DNA from: Octopus sinensis
Lineage: Eukaryota
DNA: 64,000 bases
NCBI RefSeq assembly: GCF_006345805.1
Contig: NC_043018.1
Span: forward strand, 22,382,001-22,446,000
Reading direction: 5' to 3'
Shown here: positions 38,771 to 53,939 of the stretch, piece by piece
Position numbering within the stretch: position 1 is the first letter of the stretch
Layout: each line of letters begins with the position of its first letter
Notes under the pieces: model-generated
Databases searched by the model: none
The model's input: the letters and a program-made list of their open reading frames with translations, nothing else
Told to the model about the DNA's origin: nothing
Translations under genes and position numbers: made by a program

Positions 38771-39174
38771 ATATATACAAACCAAAAAGAAGGGCCGCTG
38801 GCATGGAAACAGGAGCCACCAGATTCTTTTCAAACCAGAAGAATGGAATGCGAAATGTAACAAAGTAACAATATTACCATTTATTAATGGAAATGGTGCC
38901 ATACACGCCTCAGATATTAGACCTGCTGGCAGCTCATGCATTTGTAGAGAACACTTTTGGAGAGAACACTTAGAGTTAAAGATAGACATCATTTCAATAG
39001 AACGACGGAGTCTATAAACACTTGCTCACTGACTCCCATTGTGTTTATGTAGCTACGTGTATATATAGGTGTATATACATATACATATATATATATATAT
39101 ATATACATACATATATACATATATATATGTGTATATATATATTTATATATACATGTATGTATATATATTTTTTT

Positions 39175-39370
39175 AATTCTTTTATTTGTTTCAGTCATTT
39201 GACTGCGGCTATGCTGGAGCACAGCCTTTAGTCGAACAAATCGACCAAAGGACTTATTCTTTCTAAGCCTTGTACTTATTCTATCGGTTTCTTTCGCCGA
39301 ACCGCTAAGTAACAGGAACGTAGACACACCAGCATCGGTTGTCAAGCGATGGTGGGAGGACAAACATAGA
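39175..39370 (-). mobile_element. SINE family C tail
   Basis: ttgtttcagtcatttgactgcggc motif. Confidence 0.8.
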
Positions 39371-39390
39371 CACACAAATACATACATACA

Positions 39391-39487
<97 letters not shown>

Positions 39488-39752
39488 CAATTAAGGACAA
39501 CTACTTAATAAGGAAAACTTAACAAGAAATTGTCAGGTAGATAGCGTAAAAACCTCATAAGAGAAAAAATTTCGAAAATAATTATTTCTTATTGAACATA
39601 TTAATTTATATATAGAGGGCATTATACATACATCCCAGAAGGCATTATACATACATGCCAAACGCTAAGAGGGACAATTAGTCATTTCTACCAAAAATAT
39701 TACTAATCCCACCGAATGCAATTTTTCAAAGTAAGACATTTAAAAAAATATA

Positions 39753-39798
39753 GACCTGTATCACAGTGAGTTCATACTTACGTACTCATCAGCAGGCC
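39753..39798 (-). ncRNA. Hammerhead-like motif (mirror copy in the left arm)
   Basis: Reverse complement of 40043-40088. Confidence 0.4.
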
Positions 39799-40042
39799 TG
39801 AATGTATTATAAATAAACAACGACCCTGCCCCGCTTAAGCCGATCAGCTAACTGCTCAACATCAACGAAGCACATGGGTGAGTTTACATATATTACATCC
39901 GGATAAATGGCAAACTTTTACGAAAGTTTGCCATTTATCCGGATGTAATATATGTAAACTCACCCATGTGCTTCGTTGATGTTGAGCAGTTAGCTGATCG
40001 GCTTAAGCGGGGCAGGGTCGTTGTTTATTTATAATACATTCA

Positions 40043-40088
40043 GGCCTGCTGATGAGTACGTAAGTATGAACTCACTGTGATACAGGTC
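40043..40088 (+). ncRNA. Hammerhead-like motif with GAAC in place of GAAA
   Basis: GGCCTG CTGATGA GTAC-GTAA-GTAT GAAC TCAC-T-GTGA TA CAGGTC; stems I-III form but A15.1 is replaced by C. Confidence 0.4.
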
Positions 40089-40234
40089 TATATTTTTTTA
40101 AATGTCTTACTTTGAAAAATTGCATTCGGTGGGATTAGTAATATTTTTGTAGAAATGACTAATTGTCCCTCTTAGCGTTTGGCATGTATGTATAATGCCT
40201 TCTGGCATGTATGTATAATGCCCTCTATATATAA

Positions 40235-40279
<45 letters not shown>

Positions 40280-40294
40280 CATACATATATATAT

Positions 40295-40460
40295 ATAAGA
40301 CGGGCTTCTTTCAGTTTCCGTCTACCAAATCCACTCACAAGGCTTTGATTGGCCTGAGGCTATAGCAGAAGGCACTTACCCATAGTGCCACGCAGTGGGA
40401 TTGAACCCGGAACCATGTGGTTGGGAAGCAAGCTTCTTACCACGCACCCACTCCTACGCC
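40295..40460 (-). mobile_element. SINE family B head
   Basis: Family motif. Confidence 0.8.
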
Positions 40461-40514
40461 TATATATATACTTACATACATATACATACATATATGTGTG
40501 TCTGCGTACAGATG

Positions 40515-40850
40515 CTGAGACCTCCTTTGGTCGTGACTGACCATGGGATTGCACCAAGAAAGTTACCCTCCCAGGCACAAGTCCGGGCAATGATGTTTAT
40601 AGAAGACCAACAATCGTCCATGCATACCGGCCTCCTCTCTCTACGCCACCAGTGTTATCCAAGGGAAAGGCAAAGGCCGATACGGCTTGGCACATGTGAC
40701 GTCGCAACTCATTTCTACAGCTGAGTGAACTGGAGCAACGTGAAATAAAGTGTCTTGCTCAAGAACACAACGCGCAGCCCGGTCCGGGATTCGAACTCAC
40801 AACCTCACGATCGTAAGCTCGACGCTATAACCACTGTGCCATGCGCCTTC
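40515..40850 (-). mobile_element. Full-length SINE family D
   Basis: tRNA-like head with A box (tggcacagtgg) and B box (gagttcgaatcc). Confidence 0.85.
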
Positions 40851-41124
40851 ACCTGTACAGATATACGAGTGTAAATAAGAGAATTAGATTGAAAAGCATG
40901 CGATGATAGCTAAAACCTTGCCAACGGTCATATAGATGAACCAATTTAATTAACAGCTCGATTCACACTTGCAATGCGTGACAACTTCAGAAAGATTCGG
41001 CACGCAGTTCACTTGCAAAGGAAATTATTTGAAAAAAAAAAAATCTTCTTTAAAAGCCCTTAACTTAATCATACGCACATGATTATTCAGCAGACATTTG
41101 TATCGGTTTCTGTTCTATAAACCA

Positions 41125-41524
41125 CTAGCAGTATCATCCGGCATTGCTCGGGTTTGTAAGGGAAATAACTATATAACCATTTTTAGAGATGTAAAGTATA
41201 ATAGCCATCTCAATATGGCTAACCACAAAGGGGGGGGGGGGTTACTGTAGCTTTTTACGTTCTGAGATTTAATAATACATTTTTAGAGAGTTACTTCCCT
41301 TATATAAACCGAGCGAAAATGCATTAAAAATACGGAAAAATTATGGTAAATTTTTCTTTAAATCGTAGACTCATCGTAGACGCGCACTAATACCCATAAG
41401 GGCTCGATATGAATCACGACTATAAGATACCCGCTTTTGGTTCAACTGCACCGCAAAATGTGGGAGTAGTTAGGAATCTAAATCGTAGGAGACAGACACA
41501 CAACCTCTCTTTTATATATAAAGA
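41125..41524 (-). mobile_element. Non-autonomous Helitron
   Basis: TC...hairpin...CTAG on the minus strand; same family as 3936-4445. Confidence 0.8.
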
Positions 41525-41811
41525 TTTGTGGTAAGAGATGTTCTAGTAAAGTCGATGGAAGAAGCTGTAATGTTTATTGGAAATATTTGAGCTGGTGATA
41601 GTAATGGCTGAAAATTGGAATGGCGAATGTTGTGGTTATGGCTTTAGAAGAGAGAATAATGCTTTGGCTGGTGGTCGTCGTAATGGTATAGTTCAATGGT
41701 TCTCAACCATTTCCTCCCTGTGGTCTCCTCTGGTTGCTGTTCTGTTCTCGTGGACCCCCAAAGCCATTCGATGTCCTACAAACCAATTTTATATATACTT
41801 TATATATATAT

Positions 41812-42727
41812 AGGCGCAGGAGTGGCTGTGTGGTAAGTAGCTTGCTAACCAACCACGTGGTCCGGGTTCAGTCCCACTGCGTGGCATCTTGGGCAAGTGT
41901 CTTCTGCTATAGCCCCGGGCCGACCAAAGCTTTGTGAGTGGATTTGGTAGACGGAAACTGAAAGAAGCCTGTCGTATATGTGTGTATATATATATATATA
42001 TGCGTGTGTGTGTTTGTGTGTCTGTGTTTGTCCCCCTAGCATTGCTTGACAACCGATGCTGGTGTGTTTACGTCCCCGTCACTTAGCGGTTCGGCAATAT
42101 AGACCGATAGAATTAAGTACTGGGCTTACAAAAAGAATAAGTCCCGGGGTCGATTTGCTCGACTAAAGGCGGTGCTCCAGCATGGCCGCAGTCAAATGAC
42201 TGAAACAAGTAAAAAAGAGTAAAAAAGAGAGTATACTTACTTCGAAATTCCCATTTTTGCTCTTCACGCATTAACTCGTGTAGATTGAGATATGTAAAAC
42301 GTAAGAGAAATACGTGTCTCTTTACTCTTTTACTCTTTTACTTGTTTCAGTCATTTGACTGCGGCCATGCTGGAGCACCGCCTTTTTTTAGTCGAGCAAA
42401 TCGACCCAGGGACTTATTCTTTGTAAGCCCAGTACTTATTCTATCGGTCTCTTTTGCCGAACCGCTAAGTGACGGGGACGTAAACACACCAGCATCGGTT
42501 GTCAAGCAATGCTAGGGGGTCAAACACAGACACACAAACACACACACATATGTATACATATATACGACAGGCTTCTTTCAGTTTCCGTCAACCAAAATCC
42601 ACTCACAAGGCATTGGCCGGCCCGGGGCTATAGCAGAAGACACTTGCCCAAGATGCCACGCAGTGGGACTGAACCCGGAACCATGTGGCTGGTTAGCAAG
42701 CTACTTACCACACAGCCACTCCTGCGC
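41812..42727. mobile_element. Two full-length SINE B/C copies, tail-to-tail
   Basis: 41812-42225 (+) and 42320-42727 (-), ~95 bp apart. Confidence 0.9.
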
Positions 42728-42929
42728 AACGTCTGGCTGTTTCTTAAAATAAATACGTTTAAAGTAAAATGTTTTCATGGATCTTTGATATACATGACTG
42801 CGAGTCTCAACTTAAATAATCTTATATGGACTCTTAGGTGTTATACGGATCTCGGTTGAGAAACACTGGGGTAGATAAATAGATTAAACTTTGTAAATTA
42901 TCGTCGTGGTGATGTTAGCGTGGTTATGT

Positions 42930-43140
42930 TTTGAGTGTTCGCATCAGAATCACAGAGTGCTCAATGCTCTAAGGTAGAGCTAGAATAATGTTCATTATTT
43001 ACCTTATTTACATTTGACGGATATTTGACGTCATCTTCTTTGTTGTTAACACAACGTTTCGGCTGATATACCCTCCAGCCTTCATCAGGTGTCTTGGAGA
43101 AGTTTTGAACCTGGGTTCTCATTCCTAAGGTATTTTTCGA
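42930..43140 (-). mobile_element. Probable Penelope-like pLTR remnant adjoining (TAA)n
   Basis: Contains the hammerhead at 43048-43093; assignment is inferred from that motif. Confidence 0.55.
43048..43093 (-). ncRNA. Minimal type I hammerhead ribozyme candidate (best-preserved core)
   Basis: GACAC CTGATGA A GGCTG-gagggtatat-CAGCC GAAA CG TT GTGTT; 5-bp stems I and II; loop-less palindromic stem III. Confidence 0.6.
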
Positions 43141-43174
<34 letters not shown>

Positions 43175-43643
43175 GTTATTGTTATTATTATTATTGTTAT
43201 TGTTATTATTATTATTATTATTATTATTTATTATCATTATTATTATTAAAAGAGTTTTTAATGTTGGTTTTAATGTTGAGTATGGAGGAGTAGGATTTGC
43301 TTTGCTATTTATAGCTGAGTATAGTAATATTTTATTTATGAGGTTTTTATGTGGAGTGTTATTTTTTGGAGGAGGATTTTTAAGCGTTTCTATTGGGTTT
43401 TCTATATCATTAATTGTAGGATTGTTAAGATTTTTATTTATTTGAGTTCGTGCGAGTTATCCTCGATATCGTTATGATTTATTGATATATCTAATTTGGA
43501 AGAGGTATTTACCATGTGTATTGTAGAAGAGACATACAAAGAGAGTTAACATAAGAGGTCCAGAATGAGTGCAAAGGCTTGGTATTGTGGAAGGCAAAGA
43601 GTAAAAACTACCCACACATTCAGTGAGGATGAGGGGTGATATG

Positions 43644-43674
<31 letters not shown>

Positions 43675-43683
43675 TGTGTGTGA

Positions 43684-44040
43684 CGGCGAGCTGGCAGAAA
43701 CGTTAGCGTGTCGGGCGAAATGCGTAGCGGTATTTCGTCTGCCGCTACGTTCTGACTTCAAATTCCGCCGAGGTCGACTTTGCCTTTTATCCTTTCGGGG
43801 GTCGTTTAAATTAAGTACCAGTTACGCACTGGGGGTCGATATAATCAACTTAATCCCTTTGTCTGTCCTCTCTGTGTTTAGCCCCTTGTGGGTAGTAAAG
43901 AAATGGGTATTTTGTCTGTTTACATTCAGGATTCAAATTCCGTCGAGGTCGATAAATTAAGTACCAGTTGCGTACTGTGATCGATCTAATCGACCGGCTC
44001 CCTCCCCTAAAGTTTCGGGCCTTGTGCCTAGATTAGACAA
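43684..44040 (+). mobile_element. SINE family A with partial second body
   Basis: Head at 43684; junction gtaaagaaatgggtattttgtc near 43900. Confidence 0.85.
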
Positions 44041-44382
44041 AAGTATGTATATATGTGTGTGTAGAGAAAGAGAAGCGGAGGGACAGAGAGAGAGAGAGAA
44101 AGAGACAGAGAAAAAGAGAAAGAAAGTGAGAGAAAGTGGGCAAAAGAGAAAGAGAAAGAGAAAGAGAAAGTGTGTATGTGTGTTTCAGAGACTAAATTTA
44201 ATTTTTTTTAATATTGTTATATTTAATTTTACTTTAATGTAATAAATATTTTTGTCTTTTGAAAAGTAATATTTATTTCGTATTTACTTCATCATTTTGT
44301 ATAAGTTCCAAGAAATTTAGCAAAATTTTAATCCTAACTATTGTAAGTATACCGTATTTCCTGATGATACCCATGTGGCAAA

Positions 44383-44512
44383 TGTATACTTCCAAAGTTA
44401 CTTGTCATGTGACGGTTAAATGCTCCAGAATATAAAAGAACATTTGGTGAACCAATCGAGTTTTATGAATTCAACTCGGAACGAAGAAATACCAAAACCA
44501 AACCCGGTACCC

Positions 44513-44544
<32 letters not shown>

Positions 44545-45212
44545 GTTATTGTTATTATTATTATTATTATTATTGTTATTATTATTATTATTATTATTCA
44601 GTAGTTTTATTTTTATAGCGTGCTTTCACTTCACTACCGAGCGCAGCTCTGTGTGCCTTGGGTATGTGCTGTGATTTGTTGTGATGCTCTGATGGTTATT
44701 GTATGGAAGGTGTTCTGCGTAGGATATGTGCAGTGCCTAGTAGTGCAATTTTCTGTATGTTATATGTGTTTGTAAGTCCTGGTGTTTTTGTTATGTATTT
44801 GTCTGAATAGTTTTTTATCATGCCTAATACACCTACTATGATAGAAATTGTTTCTGTTTTCAGATTCCACATTCTAGTTACCTCTATTTCCAGGTCTTTG
44901 TATTTTGAGAGTTTCTCCATTTCTTTTAGAGACACGTTGTCATCTGCCGGTATTGATACATCAATTAGAAAGCATTTTTCTTCTTCATGATCTCTGACAA
45001 CTATATCTGGTCTGTTGGCCTTAATTTCTCTATCTGTGTGTATCGGCATATCCCAGAGTATGGTTGCTTTCTCGTCTTCTGTGACCTTTTCTGGTGTGTG
45101 CCTATACCATCTTTTTTCTGTTGTTATTCCATAATGTTGGCATAGCTTCCAATGTATGTATGTTCCAACTCTGTCATGTCTGTGAATATATTCCTTCTTA
45201 GCCAGGACTGGC

Positions 45213-45250
<38 letters not shown>

Positions 45251-45395
45251 GTTATTATTATTATTGTATACTTCCAAAGTTACTTATCATATGACGGTTC
45301 AAATGCTCCAGAATATAAAAGAACATTTGGTGAACCAGTCGAGTTTTAAGAATTCAACTCGGAACGAAGAAATACCAAAACCAAACCCGGTACCC

Positions 45396-45432
<37 letters not shown>

Positions 45433-45434
45433 TA

Positions 45435-45500
<66 letters not shown>

Positions 45501-45501
45501 G

Positions 45502-45542
<41 letters not shown>

Positions 45543-45673
45543 GTATACTTCCAAAGTTACTTATCATATGACGGTTAAATGCTCCAGAATATAAAAGAAC
45601 ATTTGGTGAAGCAGTCGAGTTTTAAGAATTCAACTCGGAACGAAGAAATACCAAAACCAAACCCGGTACCCGT
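44383..45673. repeat. Three ~132-bp units separated by (ATT)n spacers
   Basis: tgtatacttccaaag...cccggtacccgt at 44383-44514, 45265-45397 and 45542-45673. Confidence 0.95.
44598..45213 (-). pseudogene. 5'-truncated R4/Dong-clade LINE (restriction-like endonuclease domain) within (TAA)n
   Basis: RHDRVGTYIHW...NRPDIVV...LIDVSIP...KYKDL...GTAHILRR: RLE motifs; (TAA)n on both sides. Confidence 0.9.
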
Positions 45674-46554
45674 ATCTGTCCTAGAACTGTTCAGAAGCAG
45701 CGTCTCTTTGGCGGTTTCTATTGGCAATTTATTCTCTAATCGTTTTTTTAAAAATAATTATGAGATAATTGCTCTTATTTATTCACACTTTCCATGGAAA
45801 GAGTTAACTAAGTCAGAAAGTCACAGTTCTCCTCTCTCTTTTTCTCTCTCCGTTTCCGCAATAATTAAGATATTATTTAATGAAAGAAACCAACATAATG
45901 ATTGGACTGTCATATTTAATTTATCGTCCTTCCTTTCATCTTACATTAGATTTGTCATTGCAATATCTCCTCACACTCTACAAATTAGTTGAAATCAATA
46001 AAATCTCTGAAGATGCATTATTATTAAATTAAACCAAATCTTAATTTATTCTAATGTCAAATATATTAACAATATTTCTATCATATCAGCTTAAAAAAGC
46101 TATTTGTTTATTCATTATTTTCGCAGAAATTTTTTTCTTTTTTTTTTCTGACAGTTTTTTTCTTAAATTACCAGTTTCAATGATTAATCAATTTTAATTA
46201 ATTACATATGTTCATTAACCTCACAGAGTTAATTATTGTAAGGTTAATGGTACTGGAATTGTAAAACAGGGTATTTTTAAGTGACTAGCTCTTTAAAGTG
46301 TTCTATGGTTATCTCCTATAGCGCTGTGCGACCCATTCTTCAGGGTAATTCTTTAGATTAGTGGTTGGAACGGGATAAAACAGCAGACTATGTTTCAGGA
46401 GCGAATATTTGAATCAAATCTGAATTTTCCTTTCTTTCTATCTAATAGTAAACTCCACAATACGTATGGCTACAACATATACTTAATTAAAACTGTGTTT
46501 TGTTATCTCAGAGTTCTTTGGGACATCAGTGAAAATTTTGTCTTCGTGTAAATA

Positions 46555-46787
46555 TCTGTTTCTTTATTACCCACAATGAGCTAAACATAGAGGGGACAGA
46601 CAAGGACAGACAGACGGATTAAATCGATTACATCGACCCAATGCGTAACTGGTACTTAATTTATCGACCCCGAAAGGATGAAAGGCAAAGTCGACCTCGG
46701 CGGAATTTGAAATCAGAACGTAACGGCAGACGAAATACGGCTACGCATTTCGCCCGGGTTGCTAACGTTTCTGCCAGCTCATCGCCA
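46555..46787 (-). mobile_element. SINE family A
   Basis: Complete head and body. Confidence 0.85.
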
Positions 46788-47332
46788 GGTCATATTACTT
46801 GGTAGAATACACCCTCTAAATATGATATAACAAAAAGAAGTATATAGGTACAACTTACAGCACTACAAGCTAAGGAACAATTTTCTGCTATACTCTATAC
46901 TGTAAATTATTTCATTATAATTACAAGAGCCTGCTTTCCATATTCTCATTTAAGTTAAATATAAAAAGCCAACTATTTTTTTGACAATCTTCGTTGTGCA
47001 TTTCGTTTTGTTCACAAAGTAAGTGCCACCACATCTCTCTAAAAGACGGTAGGATTGGTCATAAACGGTAGGATTGGTCATAAACGGTAGGATTGGTCAT
47101 AAACGGTAGGATTGTCTAAAAATGTGATTTTTAGACAAAGTTGTGGCTAAGAGAGTCGGTATTATTTTCATCTATTCCATTTATCTTATCTTCTTTCGTG
47201 TAATCCAATCTTCGGAGTAATCCTATAGCAACATCATATATGATGATACATATTCCCAATTCCTTTTTCAACTACCAGAGTAACTTGGGACTTAAGAAAA
47301 GTAAGCATTATATTACTCGAAACATGGAATGG

Positions 47333-47712
47333 AAGTACTCCGTCGGTTCCGACGACGAGGGTTCCGGTTGATCCGAATCAACGGAACAGCCTGCTCGTGA
47401 AATTAACGTGTAAGTGGCTGAGCACTCCACAGACACGTGTACCCTTAACGTAGTTCTCGGGGATATTCAGCGTGACACAGAGAGTGACAAGGCCGCCCCT
47501 TTGAAATACAGGTACAACAGAAACAGGAAGTAAGAGTGAGAGAAAGTTGTGGTGAAAGAGTACAGCAGGGATCACCACCATCCCCTGCCGGAGCCTCGTG
47601 GAGCTTTAGGTGTTTTCGCTCAATAAACACTCACAACGCCCGGTCTGGGAATCGAAACCGCGATCCTATGACCGCGAGTCCGCTGCCCTAACCACTGGGC
47701 CATTGCGCCTCG
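47333..47712 (-). mobile_element. Full-length tRNA-derived SINE family E with 10-bp TSD
   Basis: A box tggcccagtgg, B box ggtttcgattcc; ctcgaaacat on both sides. Confidence 0.85.
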
Positions 47713-48384
47713 AAACATACAAAACAAGGAGTAACTAAATGTCTGAAAACAAGCATGGAAGTTTAGGAGAAACACATGAAAATGCTTTGGACAAGCAAAG
47801 AACTGAGGAGCACCGTAAACGAGGTGTAGATTTATAAAGATGGGCAAGCGTTAAATTATAGGCTAGATATTTATATGATTAAGGCTTTTATCAGAATAGG
47901 CGCTCGCAATGTATCTGTTAACACCAAAGCAAAACCAATGGTTAACATCGTATTAAAGAAACGTACCACTATCGCTCGCTTTATTAATGGGAAACTCAAA
48001 GGAACATGAGCATTTAGCGTTTTGTTTAAGCTACTATTTATCAAACAGTGTCTCCAGAAAACTGTACACATACACACACACACACACTAACACACACATA
48101 TACACACTCACACATATGTGTGCATATGTACATATATAGATGTATATATATATATATAGTATATTGTGTGTGCGTGTGCGTGTGTACGTGTGTGTCTGCG
48201 GATGAATACGAGGTGTAAGATTACAGAATTCATACAAAAGCAAGTGCAGGCATAAGCATAAAAAGAAACTTGATTCTTCCATTACTGTACAAGTAATATC
48301 ACTATATCTTACTTCGCCAATAAAAAGTGTCTCCATAAAGCATAGATATACTATACTAAAGTTTCTTCACTTGACGATATGGGA

Positions 48385-48720
48385 TGATATCGACAGAAAA
48401 TATATCGGTGTTAAAATCGAATTATTTAAAACCCAATATATTCAACAACTATTTCACTTTCCGGCATAGAGAATACAAGATTACTACGTCATAAACTAAA
48501 TATATCTGAAGCCTTAACAGAAAAAGAGAAAAAAACGAATACAGTAATATAGACTATCAGTCATTGAAAATGCTACCCTCTGCACTGACGGATCCAATCA
48601 ATGTAAACTATGTCAAGCAGATAAATTCAACATACTGATACGACATTACTCACTATTAACTAAAACTTCTGAACAAATCTCAAAATGTCGACAGTGTCAG
48701 TACATCATGAAACCCTCCAA
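48385..48720 (+). pseudogene. Highly degenerate Penelope GIY-YIG endonuclease remnant
   Basis: KYIG, CKLCQADKFNIL and LLTKTSEQISKCRQ resemble the PLE C-terminal CxLCxxEK...LLNKxxE...CRH motif. Confidence 0.5.
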
Positions 48721-48989
48721 ATACAGACGTGATAAATCACTGAATCAGTACACATCGATTACCAACGAAAAGAAACGTTTTTGCAAGACGTTTTACAAAG
48801 ACAAAAAAAAATCTATATCAACGCTTAACAAAACTCATCTCATAAACCTTGTTACAAAATATCTTTAATGCCATCAAAATAACAAATATAATTTTTTTCA
48901 TTCTTTCCATTTTTTAATTTTCTCTTCCTCTTTTATTTTCTTTGTTTAATGCTTATATTTCATGATATATGTTTCATCACAAATGATAA

Positions 48990-52440
<3,451 letters not shown>

Positions 52441-52812
52441 ATGGATCTTTTCTTTTTGAAAGCCAGATTTTCCTAGTTAACTAAACAATTTGAGACTTCG
52501 TATACTGGTAGAATGTGTCAAAAGAAAACATAATTGTAAACCAAAATGAAAACGGAATTGTAATTTCTAAGTTTAACGTTGTTTAATAATTCGAATTTTA
52601 ACCAATGATATTCTTTCTTTCGGCCTCATATTATTTACTGCCTCTCAAAATATTGTTACTGTGACGTAAACAGCTATTTTGTGACGTAGTTAACGTAAAC
52701 ATCTAAATAGCTAACTAAAATGTAGACATCTCCGCTTATCATAAACTTCGTGAGTATATATAAAATTTGTGTAGATCCTAAATAGCTACACACACATGTA
52801 TACAAACTATGC

Positions 52813-52848
<36 letters not shown>

Positions 52849-53899
52849 CACCTATACATACATATTCTAATGCATATGCATATATGTGTATATATTTATA
52901 ATGTGTGTGTATTATAGATGCATACATTTTATATATATATATATAAAAGATGTTTACGTACAATATATTATATGTTATATACATCTACATGTATATGTAT
53001 GTATGAATATATAAGAACCACAGAATTTGAATCAAACTGTTTTGATCCATACATACAACACACACACACACCAACACTACCATCCATGAGACATCCTAAC
53101 ATAATCAATGCCACTACTACTACTATCATCATCATTATCATCATCATCCACTGCCGCCACCACCACACCACCTCTACAAAACACCAACACTATAATTGCT
53201 GCCATCATACACATCCACTGTCACCACTACCACCACTGCCATGATAACCACATCTACCACAGCTGTTTGCTTACTGCTTACCCACTCACAAAATAGCTAT
53301 CTACGTCACATTAACACTATGCAGCTAATAATTTCAAATGAAAACAGACAATATGATTGGCTAAGGATAGAATAAGTACTGGGCTTACAAAAAGAATAAG
53401 TCCCGGGGTCGAGTTGCTCGATTAAAGGCGATGCTCCAGCATGGCCGCGGTCAAGAGTAACATTAAAAGTAAAATATGTTTTATAGGACACATTAGGGTT
53501 AGGGTTAGTGTCCGAAGGTTGAAAGTGTTTAGTTACAAAAAATATATTTCTCGATCTGCCGTTGAAAGGGTAAAGATCCCTTATATTATTTATTTAAAAA
53601 CCCTTTACAAACTAGAAGGGTTATGGGTCAAGAGGAAAATACATCAATCAAATGTTGGGAAGGCCATCGGTGAATATAAACAACATTGTTCCTCAACCAG
53701 AACAATAAGGCTCTATAGTTAGGGGGAAATTTACCCATTCAGTTTCAAAACTCAGGTGGAGCCAAAAGAGGTCTCTACACATACATACGTATACACACAC
53801 ACACATACATACATACATATATCCAGACAACTTCAGCTTTATATATATATTTTATTTATTTATATATATATATTATATATATATATATATAATATATAT

Positions 53900-53936
<37 letters not shown>

Positions 53937-53939
53937 GTA

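Larger units (their letters stand above)
39603..40237. repeat. Near-perfect 635-bp palindrome (arms ~315 bp, 4-nt spacer TACG)
   Basis: 39603-39918 is the reverse complement of 39923-40237 with only a few differences. Confidence 0.95.

Noticed and set aside
43250-43540. AT-skewed N/I/K/P-rich frame that could be a NUMT
   Set aside because: No mitochondrial protein motif recognised; more likely a low-complexity retroelement N-terminus
47640-47712. tRNA-like sequences with A and B boxes (also 40780-40850 and SINE B heads)
   Set aside because: They continue directly into SINE bodies; acceptor stems are incomplete
53495-53510. TTAGGGTTAGGGTTAG telomere-like repeat
   Set aside because: Only ~2.5 units; insufficient to call an interstitial telomere
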